Source: Dehalococcoidia bacterium (GTDB lineage Bacteria > Chloroflexota > Dehalococcoidia > DSTF01 > WHTK01). Taken from it: a stretch of 64,000 bases of DNA. Positions 29,570 to 39,582 of this stretch are shown here, in pieces (the first letter of the stretch is position 1; every line of letters begins with the position of its first letter). The position numbers were made by a program, and so were the translations under genes. Location of the stretch: the NCBI GenBank assembly GCA_035714925.1, contig DASTLN010000126.1, positions 5,106 through 69,105 on the forward strand, read 5' to 3'. The notes beneath the pieces were generated by a model. It was not told the origin of the DNA, did not search any database, and was given only the letters and a program-made list of their open reading frames with translations.

Positions 29570-29766
29570 GGACGATCCTCTTGTCTAGTTCTAACTCTTG
29601 CACCTGGCACCACTCTGGCCGCGTTGGGCTTTCTCTGCCCTCTCCTCCCTTTTGTGGGCGAAAGGGAGTCACAGCCAGTATAGCCAGCGCTTTTAAGGAA
29701 CGGCACTTCTGCCAATCGCTTGGACGCAATCCGGGGCCTTCGATCCGCACCTCAATCTCGACCGTT

Positions 29767-30573
29767 TCAATCTGGGGGTGGCGTGTTCCCCCTCCCGCCC
29801 TTGTTCACGACGAAGAACTCGCCGCGCTGTATGAAGTCCGTGACCAGCGCTACCCATTTCGTGGTCGCGGCAATCGGCAGTTCGTGCGCGGCGCCGTAGA
29901 CAAAGATGCGCAGCGCATGCGGGATGTGCTCCTGGTAGAGTTTCGAGTTCTCCGGCGGCACCATCCGGTCCTCGGTGCCCCAGATGACCAGCACCGGCGC
30001 CTTGATTTCTCCGAGCCTCTCCCGAAGCTTATCGTTCGAGCCGGCGAAGTGCTGCGTGTTGAACGCGGCGTTGCGCCGGATGCGGGCCTGCTCCTGGTCG
30101 TCAGGCGGCGAGGACCAGGAAGGCCGATCGCCGTACAAGATGCGGTCCAGTTCCTCCGGCCCGCGGGCGGGAGGCCCCGCGGACGCGGGCCTGTGGGCGA
30201 AGGCTGCCGGAGCGGAGAGGACGAGGCTCGCCACGAGGTCGGGATAGAGGACGGCGAGCCAGAGGCCCACGGCGCCGCCTGCCGATTGCGCGACGACGTG
30301 GGCGGACCTGCCGGCCATCTTATTAACGAAGGCAGCGACCGCCTCCGCGGCGTCCCTCGGCGTTTCGTAGCGTCCGGCAGGCGATTCGTCAAAGCCCGGC
30401 CGCGACGGCAAGAGCACGCGGAAGCTCCGTCCTAATTCGGCGACGAAGGTCGCGCCGGCGGGAGGGCGGCCGCCGGCGCCGTGGAGGTATACCAGGGGCT
30501 CGCCCGTCCCTGTCTCGAGGTAGGCGATGCTTCCTCCATCGATATCTACTGTGGCGATGGGCAGGACAGCCAT
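29767..30573 (-). CDS. alpha/beta hydrolase
   Basis: 268 aa. HGAGG oxyanion motif, nucleophile elbow AQSAGG. Confidence 0.8.
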   Translation of the reverse strand: MAVLPIATVDIDGGSIAYLETGTGEPLVYLHGAGGRPPAGATFVAELGRSFRVLLPSRPGFDESPAGRYETPRDAAEAVAAFVNKMAGRSAHVVAQSAGGAVGLWLAVLYPDLVASLVLSAPAAFAHRPASAGPPARGPEELDRILYGDRPSWSSPPDDQEQARIRRNAAFNTQHFAGSNDKLRERLGEIKAPVLVIWGTEDRMVPPENSKLYQEHIPHALRIFVYGAAHELPIAATTKWVALVTDFIQRGEFFVVNKGGRGNTPPPD

Positions 30574-30574
30574 C

Positions 30575-31699
30575 CTAGAGGTTCCTCAGGGCCGGCATGA
30601 CTTCGCGCGCGAACAGCGTCATCGCCTGCTGCTTCGCTTCAGCTGACCCCATGGGAGCGGCGAACGACACCTCGATCACGCCGCAGCCGATCTCCTCGCG
30701 CAGCCTGGCGACCTGCTCGATGACGCTTGTGGGACCGCCGCAGAGCAGGGTGCCCAGCCGCACGGCGTCCTCCAGTCCGTGAGGCGCCCCTTCTCCCAGG
30801 TTCTGGAATCGCTGTGTCAGGTTGGCGTCTCGCTGACCGAAGAAGCCGGAGGCGGCCACCAACCGGTTCGCGTTCATGATGCCGGCGCCGACCCCGGCGG
30901 CGCCCCTGCCCGCGGACTGCTGGCTCATGTCCGTGAATGCCTTTTCGTCGCTCTCGGCCACGTATGCGTTGAGCCGGTAAAGCACGTCCTCCGGTTGCGG
31001 CGTCCAGCCGAACTGCTCCGCCTTCGCACGATAGAAGCGCGCGGCCTCGGTAGCCAGTGGGAGGTTGGTGAAGGCAAGCCCCAGGGCGGTCCGCTTGCGG
31101 GCGGCGAACTCGCCGGAGTCCTTGCTGGAGCCCGAGGCAATGATCGGCGGCGCAGGCTGCTGGACCGGCCGCGGCCAAATCGAGACGTTGCGGAAGCTGT
31201 AGTGCTCCCCCTCCCAGCCGAACGGCTGGGTGTCCGTCCAGGCGCGGTAGATGAGGTCCCATGCCTCCTCAAAGCGCGAACGCGACTGCGCCGGGTCGAC
31301 GTTGTAGACGAGGTACTCGTAGGGCGCGCCGCGCAGGAGGGCGACGATGACACGACCGTCCGTGAGGTTGTCCAGCATCGCGATCTCTTCCGCGACACGT
31401 ACAGGGTTGGAAAGCGGCAGCAAGGGCCCGAGGATGGCAAGCTTCGCTCTCTGCACGCGTTGGCTCAACGCGGCGGCAAGGACATTGATGCTGGGAGCGA
31501 GGGAGTTGGGCGAGTAGTGATGCTCCGCCAGCGATACCCAGTCGAAGCCGAGCTCGTCCGCCAACTCGTAGTCGGAGAAGCAGGCGTCGCGGGCGCGCAG
31601 CGCCTGCTCCGGGTCAAACTGCTCGTTTGGGACCGGCCAGGTGGCTACAGGGTTGCGAAGTGCGCCGTAAGACATGGAGCCGAAAAAGCAAAACTTCAC
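30575..31699 (-). CDS. LLM-class (luciferase-like) flavin-dependent oxidoreductase
   Basis: Likely GTG start (MKFCFFG...) preceded by AGGAGG. Luciferase-like monooxygenase conserved blocks. The track ORF (to 31960) has an Arg-rich false N-extension. Confidence 0.8.
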   Translation of the reverse strand: MKFCFFGSMSYGALRNPVATWPVPNEQFDPEQALRARDACFSDYELADELGFDWVSLAEHHYSPNSLAPSINVLAAALSQRVQRAKLAILGPLLPLSNPVRVAEEIAMLDNLTDGRVIVALLRGAPYEYLVYNVDPAQSRSRFEEAWDLIYRAWTDTQPFGWEGEHYSFRNVSIWPRPVQQPAPPIIASGSSKDSGEFAARKRTALGLAFTNLPLATEAARFYRAKAEQFGWTPQPEDVLYRLNAYVAESDEKAFTDMSQQSAGRGAAGVGAGIMNANRLVAASGFFGQRDANLTQRFQNLGEGAPHGLEDAVRLGTLLCGGPTSVIEQVARLREEIGCGVIEVSFAAPMGSAEAKQQAMTLFAREVMPALRNL

Positions 31700-31740
31700 C
31701 GCGCCTCTCCTCCTTGGGCGACCGCAGCCGCCACGTCCGA

Positions 31741-32877
31741 TCAGCCGAACGCCGACTCGGGCTCGAGGCCAAACGCCCAGCGTGCATACGCGAGGCCCCT
31801 CGGGTCCCAGTTGCAGGCGTGAGTGGAGATGGCGTGGATGTCGCGCCCCGCCCGGTGGATCGGGTTGTTGACATCGATGGCATGCGCGCCGACCGCGGGT
31901 AGCAGGCGATCGACTGCTTGCACGCATAGCTTCGTGGCGTAACCCAGGTCGCGCTCCCATCTGGCCAGCTGCTCTGGGGTCATCTCGCCTTCGGAGTGGC
32001 CGATTGTCACCATCTCATTCATGTCGGCGCGCATCAAAGACAGGGCCGCGTCGACCTCAGCCGATGACTCGGCCAGGCGCATCTGACGACCCACTGTAGG
32101 CGGTCCCGGTCTTGCGTTCATCTGGCTGACATATTCCTCGACGGCGCCCCGGGCCACACCCAGCGCGGGGCTCGAGGTGTTGATAAAGAAGAAGGGTATG
32201 AACGGGATTCGGTAGATGTAGGACTCGTGTAGTGAGGCACCCGGTCTGGCCCCCCACCCCGAGGTCCAAGCCTCCGGCACGAACGCGTCCTTGACGTCGA
32301 CGTCCTTGCTGCCCGTCCCTGCCAGGCCCATCGGGTGCCAGGAGTCGTGATCGATCTCGAAGTCGCGCTTGTGTACCAGGCACCAGGGCGCCCGCCTCTG
32401 TTCACCCTCCAGCGGCCCGCTGAGGAGGATCCACTCCGCGAAGTCGCAGCCGCTGGAGAACTGCCATCGGCCGTTGAGCAGGTAACCGCCCTCAACGCGC
32501 CTGATCTTCCCGGTCGAAGGCGACACCGCGGTGGTCATGAGCGTGTCGGGGCCCGTGCTCCAGACTGCTTCCTGGGCGGGCTCCGGCATCATGCCGAGCA
32601 GCCAGGCGTGGCAGGTGACGACCGAGAACACCCATGCGCTGGAACCGCAGGCGCGACCGATCTGGTTGCATAGCTCGACCTGCGTGAGCCCGTAGTCCAG
32701 CTCGAGGCCGCCGTAGCGCCTGGGCACAAAGACGCGAAGGAAGCCTGCTTCCTTGAATTCGTCGATCGTCTCCTGGGGCAGGCGGCCCTCGGCTTCGGCG
32801 CGGGCGGCCCGTTGCTTCAACGCCGGAAGCATGTCTTCGGCTCGATCGGCGAGTTCGGCGATGGTTGGTGTTTTCAT
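31741..32877 (-). CDS. acyl-CoA dehydrogenase-type flavin-dependent monooxygenase, oxygenase component
   Basis: Start is the internal ATG at 32877 (MKTPTIAEL...) with a GAGGAA RBS. ACAD N, middle and C domains. Paralog of 44932..46092. Confidence 0.8.
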   Translation of the reverse strand: MKTPTIAELADRAEDMLPALKQRAARAEAEGRLPQETIDEFKEAGFLRVFVPRRYGGLELDYGLTQVELCNQIGRACGSSAWVFSVVTCHAWLLGMMPEPAQEAVWSTGPDTLMTTAVSPSTGKIRRVEGGYLLNGRWQFSSGCDFAEWILLSGPLEGEQRRAPWCLVHKRDFEIDHDSWHPMGLAGTGSKDVDVKDAFVPEAWTSGWGARPGASLHESYIYRIPFIPFFFINTSSPALGVARGAVEEYVSQMNARPGPPTVGRQMRLAESSAEVDAALSLMRADMNEMVTIGHSEGEMTPEQLARWERDLGYATKLCVQAVDRLLPAVGAHAIDVNNPIHRAGRDIHAISTHACNWDPRGLAYARWAFGLEPESAFG

Positions 32878-32935
32878 CTGGTTCCTCACGTATGCCGGGC
32901 TCGCCAGAGTTAGGTGAGCAGCGACGAAGCGACGC

Positions 32936-34138
32936 TCATGGCCACAGCTGCCGCGTAGCCAGGCGGGCTCCTTCCGCCAGCGCGCCAAACTTGGCCCAGA
33001 CGACGGTCGGGTGGATGTCGGGCTGGCCGCCGCCGCCCGCTGCGAAGCCGCAGTCCGCGCCTGCGATGACGTTCTCACGCCCGGCGATCCTGGCGTATCG
33101 GCAGATGCGTTCGGTGACAAGCTCCGGATGCTCCACAAGGTTGGTGGTGTGTGAGATAACGCCGGGGATCAGCACCTGCCCATCGCGGAGCTTGACGTCC
33201 TCCCAGAGGTGATACTCGTGCTCGTGCCGCGGGTTCGATGCCTCGAATGAGTAGGCGCCGGCATTTATCGTCACCAGGATGTCAATCATGTGCTTCAGCT
33301 CGATGTCGTAAACGCGCGGGCCGATGTCGATGCCGTAGCAGGTATGAAAGCGCACGCGGTCGAGGGGGATGTCGCGCAAAGAATAGTTGGTGATTTCGGC
33401 CGAGCGCTGCGCCCAGGCTCGTGCCTCCTCGATGCTCTTGTCTGGGTGCATCGTCCAGTACATGATCATGCGCGGCTCGTCGACTTGTAGCGTCAGGCCG
33501 GCGTCGATGATGGCGCAGTACTCCTCGTACATCGCGTCGGCTAGCGCCTGGTGGTACTCCTCGTCACTCTTGTAGAACTCGTTGGGGCGGGTCGCGGCGA
33601 TGTAGGCGGCGCCGAGCGATGGCATGAACAACTCTTCGTGGGGGAGCCCTTCTGCCGCTGCCTTGAGTCGTCCGATGTCCCTGGTGACGGCCGAGTGGCC
33701 TTTGTACTTCACTGGCCCTACACAGGTCACGATGCCACCGAAGCCGCCGCCGGTGGTCCCGCCGCCGGCAGGGGCGCCCTGCGGCGCGTTGCGGGCGTAG
33801 AACTCGGGGAAGGCGGCCGCTTCGCGCGTCCCCGCCCAGGGGCCGCGGCCCGCCAGGGTTGAAGGCCGCAGCTCGAAACCCTCCAGTCGCGAGTTGACGT
33901 AGCCGTTGAAGCTGAGCTTGCCCTGCTCGCCATCGTCGATGATGTCGATTCCGGCTTCTGCCTGCTTCTTGACTACCTCGCGCACAGCCTCGTCAATTTC
34001 GCGCTCCAGTTCGGCCGCGTCGTGCTCTTGCCCGCTTTCGCGCGCCCGGATCATCGCCGAGAGGTCGGGACTGCGGGCCAGGCTACCGACATGAGTCGTG
34101 AGGATGCGTTCCGTACTTCTGTTCACGCCTTTTCCCAA
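32936..34138 (-). CDS. MetE-like (cobalamin-independent methionine synthase C-terminal domain family) Zn-dependent methyltransferase
   Basis: 400 aa, Meth_synt_2-like. Zn ligands conserved (FHTCYG, E, ADCGF). Paralog at 39583..40824. Confidence 0.8.
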   Translation of the reverse strand: MGKGVNRSTERILTTHVGSLARSPDLSAMIRARESGQEHDAAELEREIDEAVREVVKKQAEAGIDIIDDGEQGKLSFNGYVNSRLEGFELRPSTLAGRGPWAGTREAAAFPEFYARNAPQGAPAGGGTTGGGFGGIVTCVGPVKYKGHSAVTRDIGRLKAAAEGLPHEELFMPSLGAAYIAATRPNEFYKSDEEYHQALADAMYEEYCAIIDAGLTLQVDEPRMIMYWTMHPDKSIEEARAWAQRSAEITNYSLRDIPLDRVRFHTCYGIDIGPRVYDIELKHMIDILVTINAGAYSFEASNPRHEHEYHLWEDVKLRDGQVLIPGVISHTTNLVEHPELVTERICRYARIAGRENVIAGADCGFAAGGGGQPDIHPTVVWAKFGALAEGARLATRQLWP

Positions 34139-34183
34139 CTAGGCCCACCGCAAAGCGGGCTGTCCACAAGAGGGGGAAGCCCG

Positions 34184-36001
34184 CTAGGCGATCGGCGGCT
34201 TGCTGGGGTCGAGGAACCACCGCGCGTAGTTCTGGTACGCCTGAGCGTAGACGTTGATGTTCCGCATCGCCGGCCAGTATGCGGTGAATGTAGTGGCTGC
34301 CCCCATGCGCGGGAAGACCTGCTTCTCGGCCTCGTAGCGCTGGAACTCCCAGGTCAGCTCCTTGCGCTTCTCAATGTCGAACTCGGCGATCGACTTTTCG
34401 ATCAGGTCCGTCATCTTGTCGTCCGTGAGCCCTACTTGACCTCCCGATGGGTGATAGTAGGTGAAGAGGTACTGCGTGGGGTCCATCGGCTGGTTGGCGT
34501 AGTAGTGAGCGAGGCCGTCGAACTCTGCTTTGCCGCCCTGATATTTCGGGATGAATTCCACCACGCGGTCGTGAGGCGCGAACTCCCCCTTGAAGAGGCC
34601 GCTGTTGTTTACCTGCCCGGCGACCACCTCGTTCATGCGTTGCCACAGGGCGTTGATGCCTGGTTGTGGGTGGTGAATCTTGAAGGAGACTCCCTCAGGG
34701 AAGCCGGCTGCCTCCACCAGGCGTTTTGCCTCCGCGAGATCGAACTGGAAGTATTTGGCGTTTGGACCAATCTCGGACTCATCCCTGGCGTTCAAGAACC
34801 AGCTTTGCCAGTGGTTGGCCTGGATGCCACTCTCGTAGGCGGTGCCAACCGGGAAGCCCTCAGCTTCGAAGGCAGAGATGTTGTAGAAAGCGTCGAGGAT
34901 AGCCTCGCGGTCCCAGGTCATCACGTAGGCCTGGCGCAGGCGCTCGTCCACGAACGGACCCTGCCTCCCAGGTATCACGTGCCAAAGGATGCTCGTCATG
35001 ACCGGCGTCGGGGTGATCTGGATGTCGGGGATGTCGCGCTTGGTTGGCAGGAGGTCCTCCGCGTTGACGTCGTACTGGTAGATGGCTCCGGTCCGGAATT
35101 GGGCCAGGCCGGCGGCGTACTCGCCGAGGATCGGCGCCTCCATCGTATCCATGTAGGGGAGGCCTTCGTGGGGATATCCCGGGTTCGCCTTCCAGACGGA
35201 TCTCACAGAGGGCTCGTATTCGTCCATGTACCACGGCCCGGTGCCCAGCACACTCCGCGACGGGTCATGGACCGCGGGATCGGTGGATTCCTTGGGAACG
35301 ATCCAAAGGCCGCCCAGGAAGTTCAGGCCAAACATACTGAGCGTGGGCGCAAAGGGAAACGCCAGGTCGACCCGGACCGTCTTGGAATCGATTGCGGTGG
35401 CGGAGGTTATCGGTGCCGCGGGGCTAAACGAGTTAAAGAATTCGAACCGACGGTTGCTGACCTCGGAATGGCGCTGGAGCGTGACCACGATGTCCTCAGC
35501 GTCGACCGTGCGGCCGTTAACGGGCGCGAGGGGCGGCCAGCCCGCGTTTTCCTTGATCTTGAAGGTCACCGAGAGCCTGTCGGGCGCCATCTCCCAGGAC
35601 TCGGCGACATCCCCCTCGACCTCACCTTGCGGCGGCCCGAGCACACCCTCGACCTCCTTGAGGAGGCCGGAGTAGGCGCGGAAGGTTGTCGCGGCGTTGC
35701 CGCCGATGCTTTGCGGCTCAAAGGTGAAGAAGTCGGCGTCCTCAAAGTGCTTGAACACGCCGCCTTTGAGAGCCTGCGCCGACTCATCCTTCCCGGGCGT
35801 AAGAAGGCTGCTGACCTGGGGTTCCTGGGTCGCCGCCTGGCCGTTGCTCTCGGCGGTTGATCCGGGCGAGGTGGCGGGCGGTTTCTCGTCCTCGCCGCCA
35901 CAGGCGGCGAGCAGGACGGCTCCCAGTCCGAGGGAGCCCATGCTTGCCAGGGAGCGGCGGCGGGTTAGGCGGCGGTTGGCGACGCGATGCCAGTAGTTCA
36001 T
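34184..36001 (-). CDS. ABC transporter substrate-binding protein, family 5 (DppA/OppA-like), Tat/lipoprotein signal
   Basis: 605 aa. N-terminal RRRSLASMGSLGLGAVLLAACGG lipobox. No cognate permease or ATPase genes are nearby. Confidence 0.85.
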   Translation of the reverse strand: MNYWHRVANRRLTRRRSLASMGSLGLGAVLLAACGGEDEKPPATSPGSTAESNGQAATQEPQVSSLLTPGKDESAQALKGGVFKHFEDADFFTFEPQSIGGNAATTFRAYSGLLKEVEGVLGPPQGEVEGDVAESWEMAPDRLSVTFKIKENAGWPPLAPVNGRTVDAEDIVVTLQRHSEVSNRRFEFFNSFSPAAPITSATAIDSKTVRVDLAFPFAPTLSMFGLNFLGGLWIVPKESTDPAVHDPSRSVLGTGPWYMDEYEPSVRSVWKANPGYPHEGLPYMDTMEAPILGEYAAGLAQFRTGAIYQYDVNAEDLLPTKRDIPDIQITPTPVMTSILWHVIPGRQGPFVDERLRQAYVMTWDREAILDAFYNISAFEAEGFPVGTAYESGIQANHWQSWFLNARDESEIGPNAKYFQFDLAEAKRLVEAAGFPEGVSFKIHHPQPGINALWQRMNEVVAGQVNNSGLFKGEFAPHDRVVEFIPKYQGGKAEFDGLAHYYANQPMDPTQYLFTYYHPSGGQVGLTDDKMTDLIEKSIAEFDIEKRKELTWEFQRYEAEKQVFPRMGAATTFTAYWPAMRNINVYAQAYQNYARWFLDPSKPPIA

Positions 36002-36044
36002 CGGTGACCTCCAACTTATACTTATACGAACTAGTGTCTGAAAG

Positions 36045-36069
36045 TTAAATGATGTAGCATTAAATGATG
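36045..36069 (+). promoter_or_regulatory. AT-rich divergent promoter/operator with tandem TTAAATGATG direct repeats (probable MarR operator)
   Basis: The 143-bp intergenic region is far more AT-rich than its surroundings. TTAAATGATG occurs twice at a 15-bp period. A CTTATA tandem lies just upstream. Confidence 0.4.
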
Positions 36070-36143
36070 AACCTCAGTATTAGGCTGACGTTCTCCAATT
36101 ACCAATTCTTTTTATGTATGTCTCGCATCTATCGAGCGCATGA

Positions 36144-36743
36144 TTGGCACCGCGGTTGAAGCACGAGAGGGGAAGTCTCGACGTGGACGAGATGAATCAG
36201 GTCCGCGAGCCCCTCGGGACGCCGGATGACATCGCGCTGAAGTATCAGGCGGTCTGTCAGTGGGCCGACCTTCCTGCCCTGCAAGTAAACCTCTGGATCG
36301 TCGAGGCGTACCGGAGTCTGGTTGCGGGACTGCATCGAGTCCTCGATTCAGTCGAACCGGGGATGTCTGCTCCTCGCTTTCTGGCGCTCCGAGACCTCTA
36401 TCTGACACCCGGTCACCGTCTTACTCAGGGCGACATTCAGCGCCGGGGTAAGACCACATCCGGCAGCGTTACGCGACTCGTGGATTCCCTCGAGCAGGAG
36501 GGACTCATCGTGCGCCGGCCGAACCTCACGGACCGCAGGACGAACTACGTTGAGCTGACACCGAGGGGCGTAGAGCTCTGCCACCGGCTGATCCCCGCCG
36601 TGGCGCGCTATTCAGTGGACGTTTGCACAGAGATGGACGAAGCCGACCGACAGCGCTTCGTGAACTTGCTCAAAGCCCTGAGCAGCGGCGCTGAGCAATC
36701 CGCAGCTCAATCTGCGGCCTCGCAGGATTATGATTGGGACTGA
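36144..36743 (+). CDS. MarR family transcriptional regulator
   Basis: MarR wHTH (LTQGDIQRRGKTTSGSVTRLVDSLEQEGLIVRRPNLTDRRTNYVELT). Start position is uncertain. Confidence 0.8.
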   Translation: MAPRLKHERGSLDVDEMNQVREPLGTPDDIALKYQAVCQWADLPALQVNLWIVEAYRSLVAGLHRVLDSVEPGMSAPRFLALRDLYLTPGHRLTQGDIQRRGKTTSGSVTRLVDSLEQEGLIVRRPNLTDRRTNYVELTPRGVELCHRLIPAVARYSVDVCTEMDEADRQRFVNLLKALSSGAEQSAAQSAASQDYDWD

Positions 36744-36772
36744 CCTCACCCGCTGCCGGGCGATGCAGCGGC

Positions 36773-37717
36773 CTACTGGTCATCTGCGAAGCCAAGTACT
36801 CCCGCGGCGTTCCTGTGCAGTATTCGCTCGATGTCGACCGATGAGAGGCCGGAACCGTTGATGTAGTCGAAGGTCTGCTTGTAAGACTCGAAGCTCAGCA
36901 GCACCGGATAGTCACTCCCCGTCACCAGATGCTCCGCACCGAAGGCTTCAACGGCGCAGTGCAGCGCGGCTAAAGAACCGTGGCCCACCGTGTCGTAGTA
37001 GAAGCGCCGCGCCGTCACGCTCGGCTTTTCCGTTAGGTCGGGGTGCTGCTGTGGCGCCTGGTTGTCGAGCCGTGCAAGGAGCATCGGGATGATACCGCCG
37101 AGATGAGGCACGATCATCTTGATGTTGGGGTAGCGCGAGAGCGTCTTACGAGCAATGTGGTGGAGGACAATCGCACTGTCCTCGAGCGAAGCACCCACGG
37201 AGACAGTGAAGCCGTAGTCGGTAATCATCGGTGAGCAAATGCCGTTCTGTACCGGGTGGTAGAAGACCGTCGTGCCCCGACGGTTCATCTCCTCGTACAA
37301 CGGCTCGAACTCCTCTTCGGCGGTTGACCGGTCAAACACGGAGCAGTTCATGGCCACGCCCGCCATACCCAGTTCGTCAAGGCCCCGAGCCATCTCCTTG
37401 AGAGAGGGGTCGACGTGCGGCAGGGGCAGCGAAACGAAGCCTGCGAAGCGGTGAGGATGCTTCGTAACCAGCTCGGCGTAGCAGTCGTTTAGAACCTTGG
37501 CAGCCTCCGCGCCCTTAGAGGCATCCTCCAGGTATGGCCCCTGCATCGGTGAAAGGACCTGGCGGATGACATCCGCTGCATCCATCATCTCCAGCCGCTT
37601 CACAGTCTCCTGCAGTTGGCCTGCACCTGGCGGTATTCGTGGCGGACGCTCGCTAAGCGCGGCGAGCCTTTTCACGTACTCTGGAGGCAGGTAGTGGGCG
37701 TGGACGTCCGTGATCAT
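36773..37717 (-). CDS. amidohydrolase-2 family protein (ACMSD/LigW-like)
   Basis: 314 aa, MITDVHAHYLP N-terminus. Start overlaps the FAH stop (ATGA). Confidence 0.8.
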   Translation of the reverse strand: MITDVHAHYLPPEYVKRLAALSERPPRIPPGAGQLQETVKRLEMMDAADVIRQVLSPMQGPYLEDASKGAEAAKVLNDCYAELVTKHPHRFAGFVSLPLPHVDPSLKEMARGLDELGMAGVAMNCSVFDRSTAEEEFEPLYEEMNRRGTTVFYHPVQNGICSPMITDYGFTVSVGASLEDSAIVLHHIARKTLSRYPNIKMIVPHLGGIIPMLLARLDNQAPQQHPDLTEKPSVTARRFYYDTVGHGSLAALHCAVEAFGAEHLVTGSDYPVLLSFESYKQTFDYINGSGLSSVDIERILHRNAAGVLGFADDQ

Positions 37718-38700
37718 GGGCCGGTCCGAGCCGCCTGGGGCACCGGCATCTGGAATACGCCTTCTTTCGCCTTGAAGCGATAGTCCGCATCCTCAAAGAC
37801 CTTCGGGCCGATCGTGTTTCTCAGCACGCCGACGCCCTCGATCTCCATCTCGACCACGTCGCCCGGCTGAAGGTATCGTGCCGGCTTGCCGAGGTCCCGG
37901 ATCGCCTCGCCTATCGAGCCGCCCGTGACCGTGCCGCTACCGAGGACATCGCCGGGGACGATGCGGCTGTCGCGGCTGGCGCGCTCGATCATGGCTCCCC
38001 AGCTGTGATAGGCGATGCCGGTGTCGTTCGCCATCCACTCGACGCCGTTGACCCTGACGCTGCAGCGGGTGTGCAGACGGCCGTCATGGACCGTCAGCTC
38101 GTCCGGCGTCACCAGCATTGGGCCGAGCGACGTGGCCGCGTCCTTGCCCTTGGCCGGACCGAGGCCAACGGCCTGCTCGTCGCGCTGCAAGTCACGACAG
38201 CTCCAGTCATTGAAGATGGTGAAGCCGGCCACGTAGTCCAGCCAGTCGGCGTCGCGTACGTTGCTGCCTTCCTTGCCGATGACCAGCCCGACCTCCAGCT
38301 CGTAATCGAGCACAGCGGCGGCGGACGGGTAGGGGACGGAGTCTCCGGGGCCGAAAATGCGTAGCGGGTTGGAGAAATAGAAGATGGGCAGGCGGTACCA
38401 GGCTTCGGCCTGCTGCCGCGTACCGCCTCCGGTTGCGTGGCCCTCGTAGACCATGAAGTCGCGCACGGTGGGCGGCTGCAGGATTGGAGCGCGGAGCCGG
38501 ACCTGATTCAGAGGCGTGCCCTTCCCGGCCGGCGAGGCCGCACGAAGGCGGTCAAGGGGGTTGTCCGGCAGCTCGAGGAGTGCGCGTAAGTCGCGTAGGC
38601 CGGCGCTCACGCCCAGCAGGTCTGCGGCGTCGTGGACGCTATCGCCGACGACCAAGCCGGCCGCGGGTCCGTTGCCTGTGTCGTATGTCACGAGTCTCAT
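37714..38700 (-). CDS. fumarylacetoacetate hydrolase (FAH) family protein
   Basis: 328 aa. FAH-fold blocks (YELEVGLVIGKEG..., FTIFNDWSCRD). Confidence 0.85.
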   Translation of the reverse strand: MRLVTYDTGNGPAAGLVVGDSVHDAADLLGVSAGLRDLRALLELPDNPLDRLRAASPAGKGTPLNQVRLRAPILQPPTVRDFMVYEGHATGGGTRQQAEAWYRLPIFYFSNPLRIFGPGDSVPYPSAAAVLDYELEVGLVIGKEGSNVRDADWLDYVAGFTIFNDWSCRDLQRDEQAVGLGPAKGKDAATSLGPMLVTPDELTVHDGRLHTRCSVRVNGVEWMANDTGIAYHSWGAMIERASRDSRIVPGDVLGSGTVTGGSIGEAIRDLGKPARYLQPGDVVEMEIEGVGVLRNTIGPKVFEDADYRFKAKEGVFQMPVPQAARTGP

Positions 38701-38723
38701 CCGGGGTCCTCCTGGCCGACGCG

Positions 38724-39572
38724 CTAGCGCTGCACTATGTGCTTGTAGATATTGCTGACGTTCATGCCGTTCAGCCGATCGCTTATCGCAAACAGCCGTT
38801 GGCCGATGGGATACGGGTCCAGGCTCGGCACGTCCAGCGGCTGGGCCAGCGCCTCTTCTTCCGTCATGCCGCGCCGCACGAAGTCCTCCACCGTACCGAG
38901 CCAGTTCTGGATGATCTGTGTCTGCTCAGACAGATAGCGTTTGTCGCAGGTCTCGCCGTGGCCGGGAGCGATGACGTCCACGTCCATCGCCTCCATCGCC
39001 TTGAGCGCATCCAGCCACTCCCAGGGGTCGGCCTCCTGGATGAAGGTTTTACACTTGTAGAAGATGTTGTCGCCGGTGAAGACCACGCCCTCCTCCGGCA
39101 CCAGGATCGCGGTTTGCGGCTTGGTGTGGCCCGGGAGATGCGTGATCTCAAAGGTGTGATTGCCGACCTTGAGCGTGAGCTCCTTGTCGAAGGTCCGCGT
39201 GGGCGGGTTGGGCGGGTAGTCCGGGTGGTTGACCAGCCAGACGCTGTCGGGATCGGTCTCCTTCAGCCGTTCGAGGCGTTCGCCGGAGGTCATCTGCGGA
39301 ATCGCATCCTCGTAGCGCTTCTTGAGTCCTTCCTGACCGACGACCTCGACGCCGGGAAAGTAGGCATTGCCGCTAATGTGGTCGCCGTGCGGTTCAGTGT
39401 TGATCAAGTACCGGATCGGACCGTGCTCGAGGATCGTCTCGCGCCAGCGCAGCGCATCGATTGGTTCCTGAGGGGTATCGATCATGACCACGCCGTCGTT
39501 GGTGACGACGAAGCTGGGGTTACAGCCCCAGAAGTAGACCTCGGTGTAGGCGTTCTTGCCGACGCGTCGCAT
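38724..39572 (-). CDS. MBL-fold metallo-hydrolase
   Basis: 282 aa. HxHxDH-type motif (EPHGDHISG). Confidence 0.8.
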   Translation of the reverse strand: MRRVGKNAYTEVYFWGCNPSFVVTNDGVVMIDTPQEPIDALRWRETILEHGPIRYLINTEPHGDHISGNAYFPGVEVVGQEGLKKRYEDAIPQMTSGERLERLKETDPDSVWLVNHPDYPPNPPTRTFDKELTLKVGNHTFEITHLPGHTKPQTAILVPEEGVVFTGDNIFYKCKTFIQEADPWEWLDALKAMEAMDVDVIAPGHGETCDKRYLSEQTQIIQNWLGTVEDFVRRGMTEEEALAQPLDVPSLDPYPIGQRLFAISDRLNGMNVSNIYKHIVQR

Positions 39573-39582
39573 GTGATCCCTC

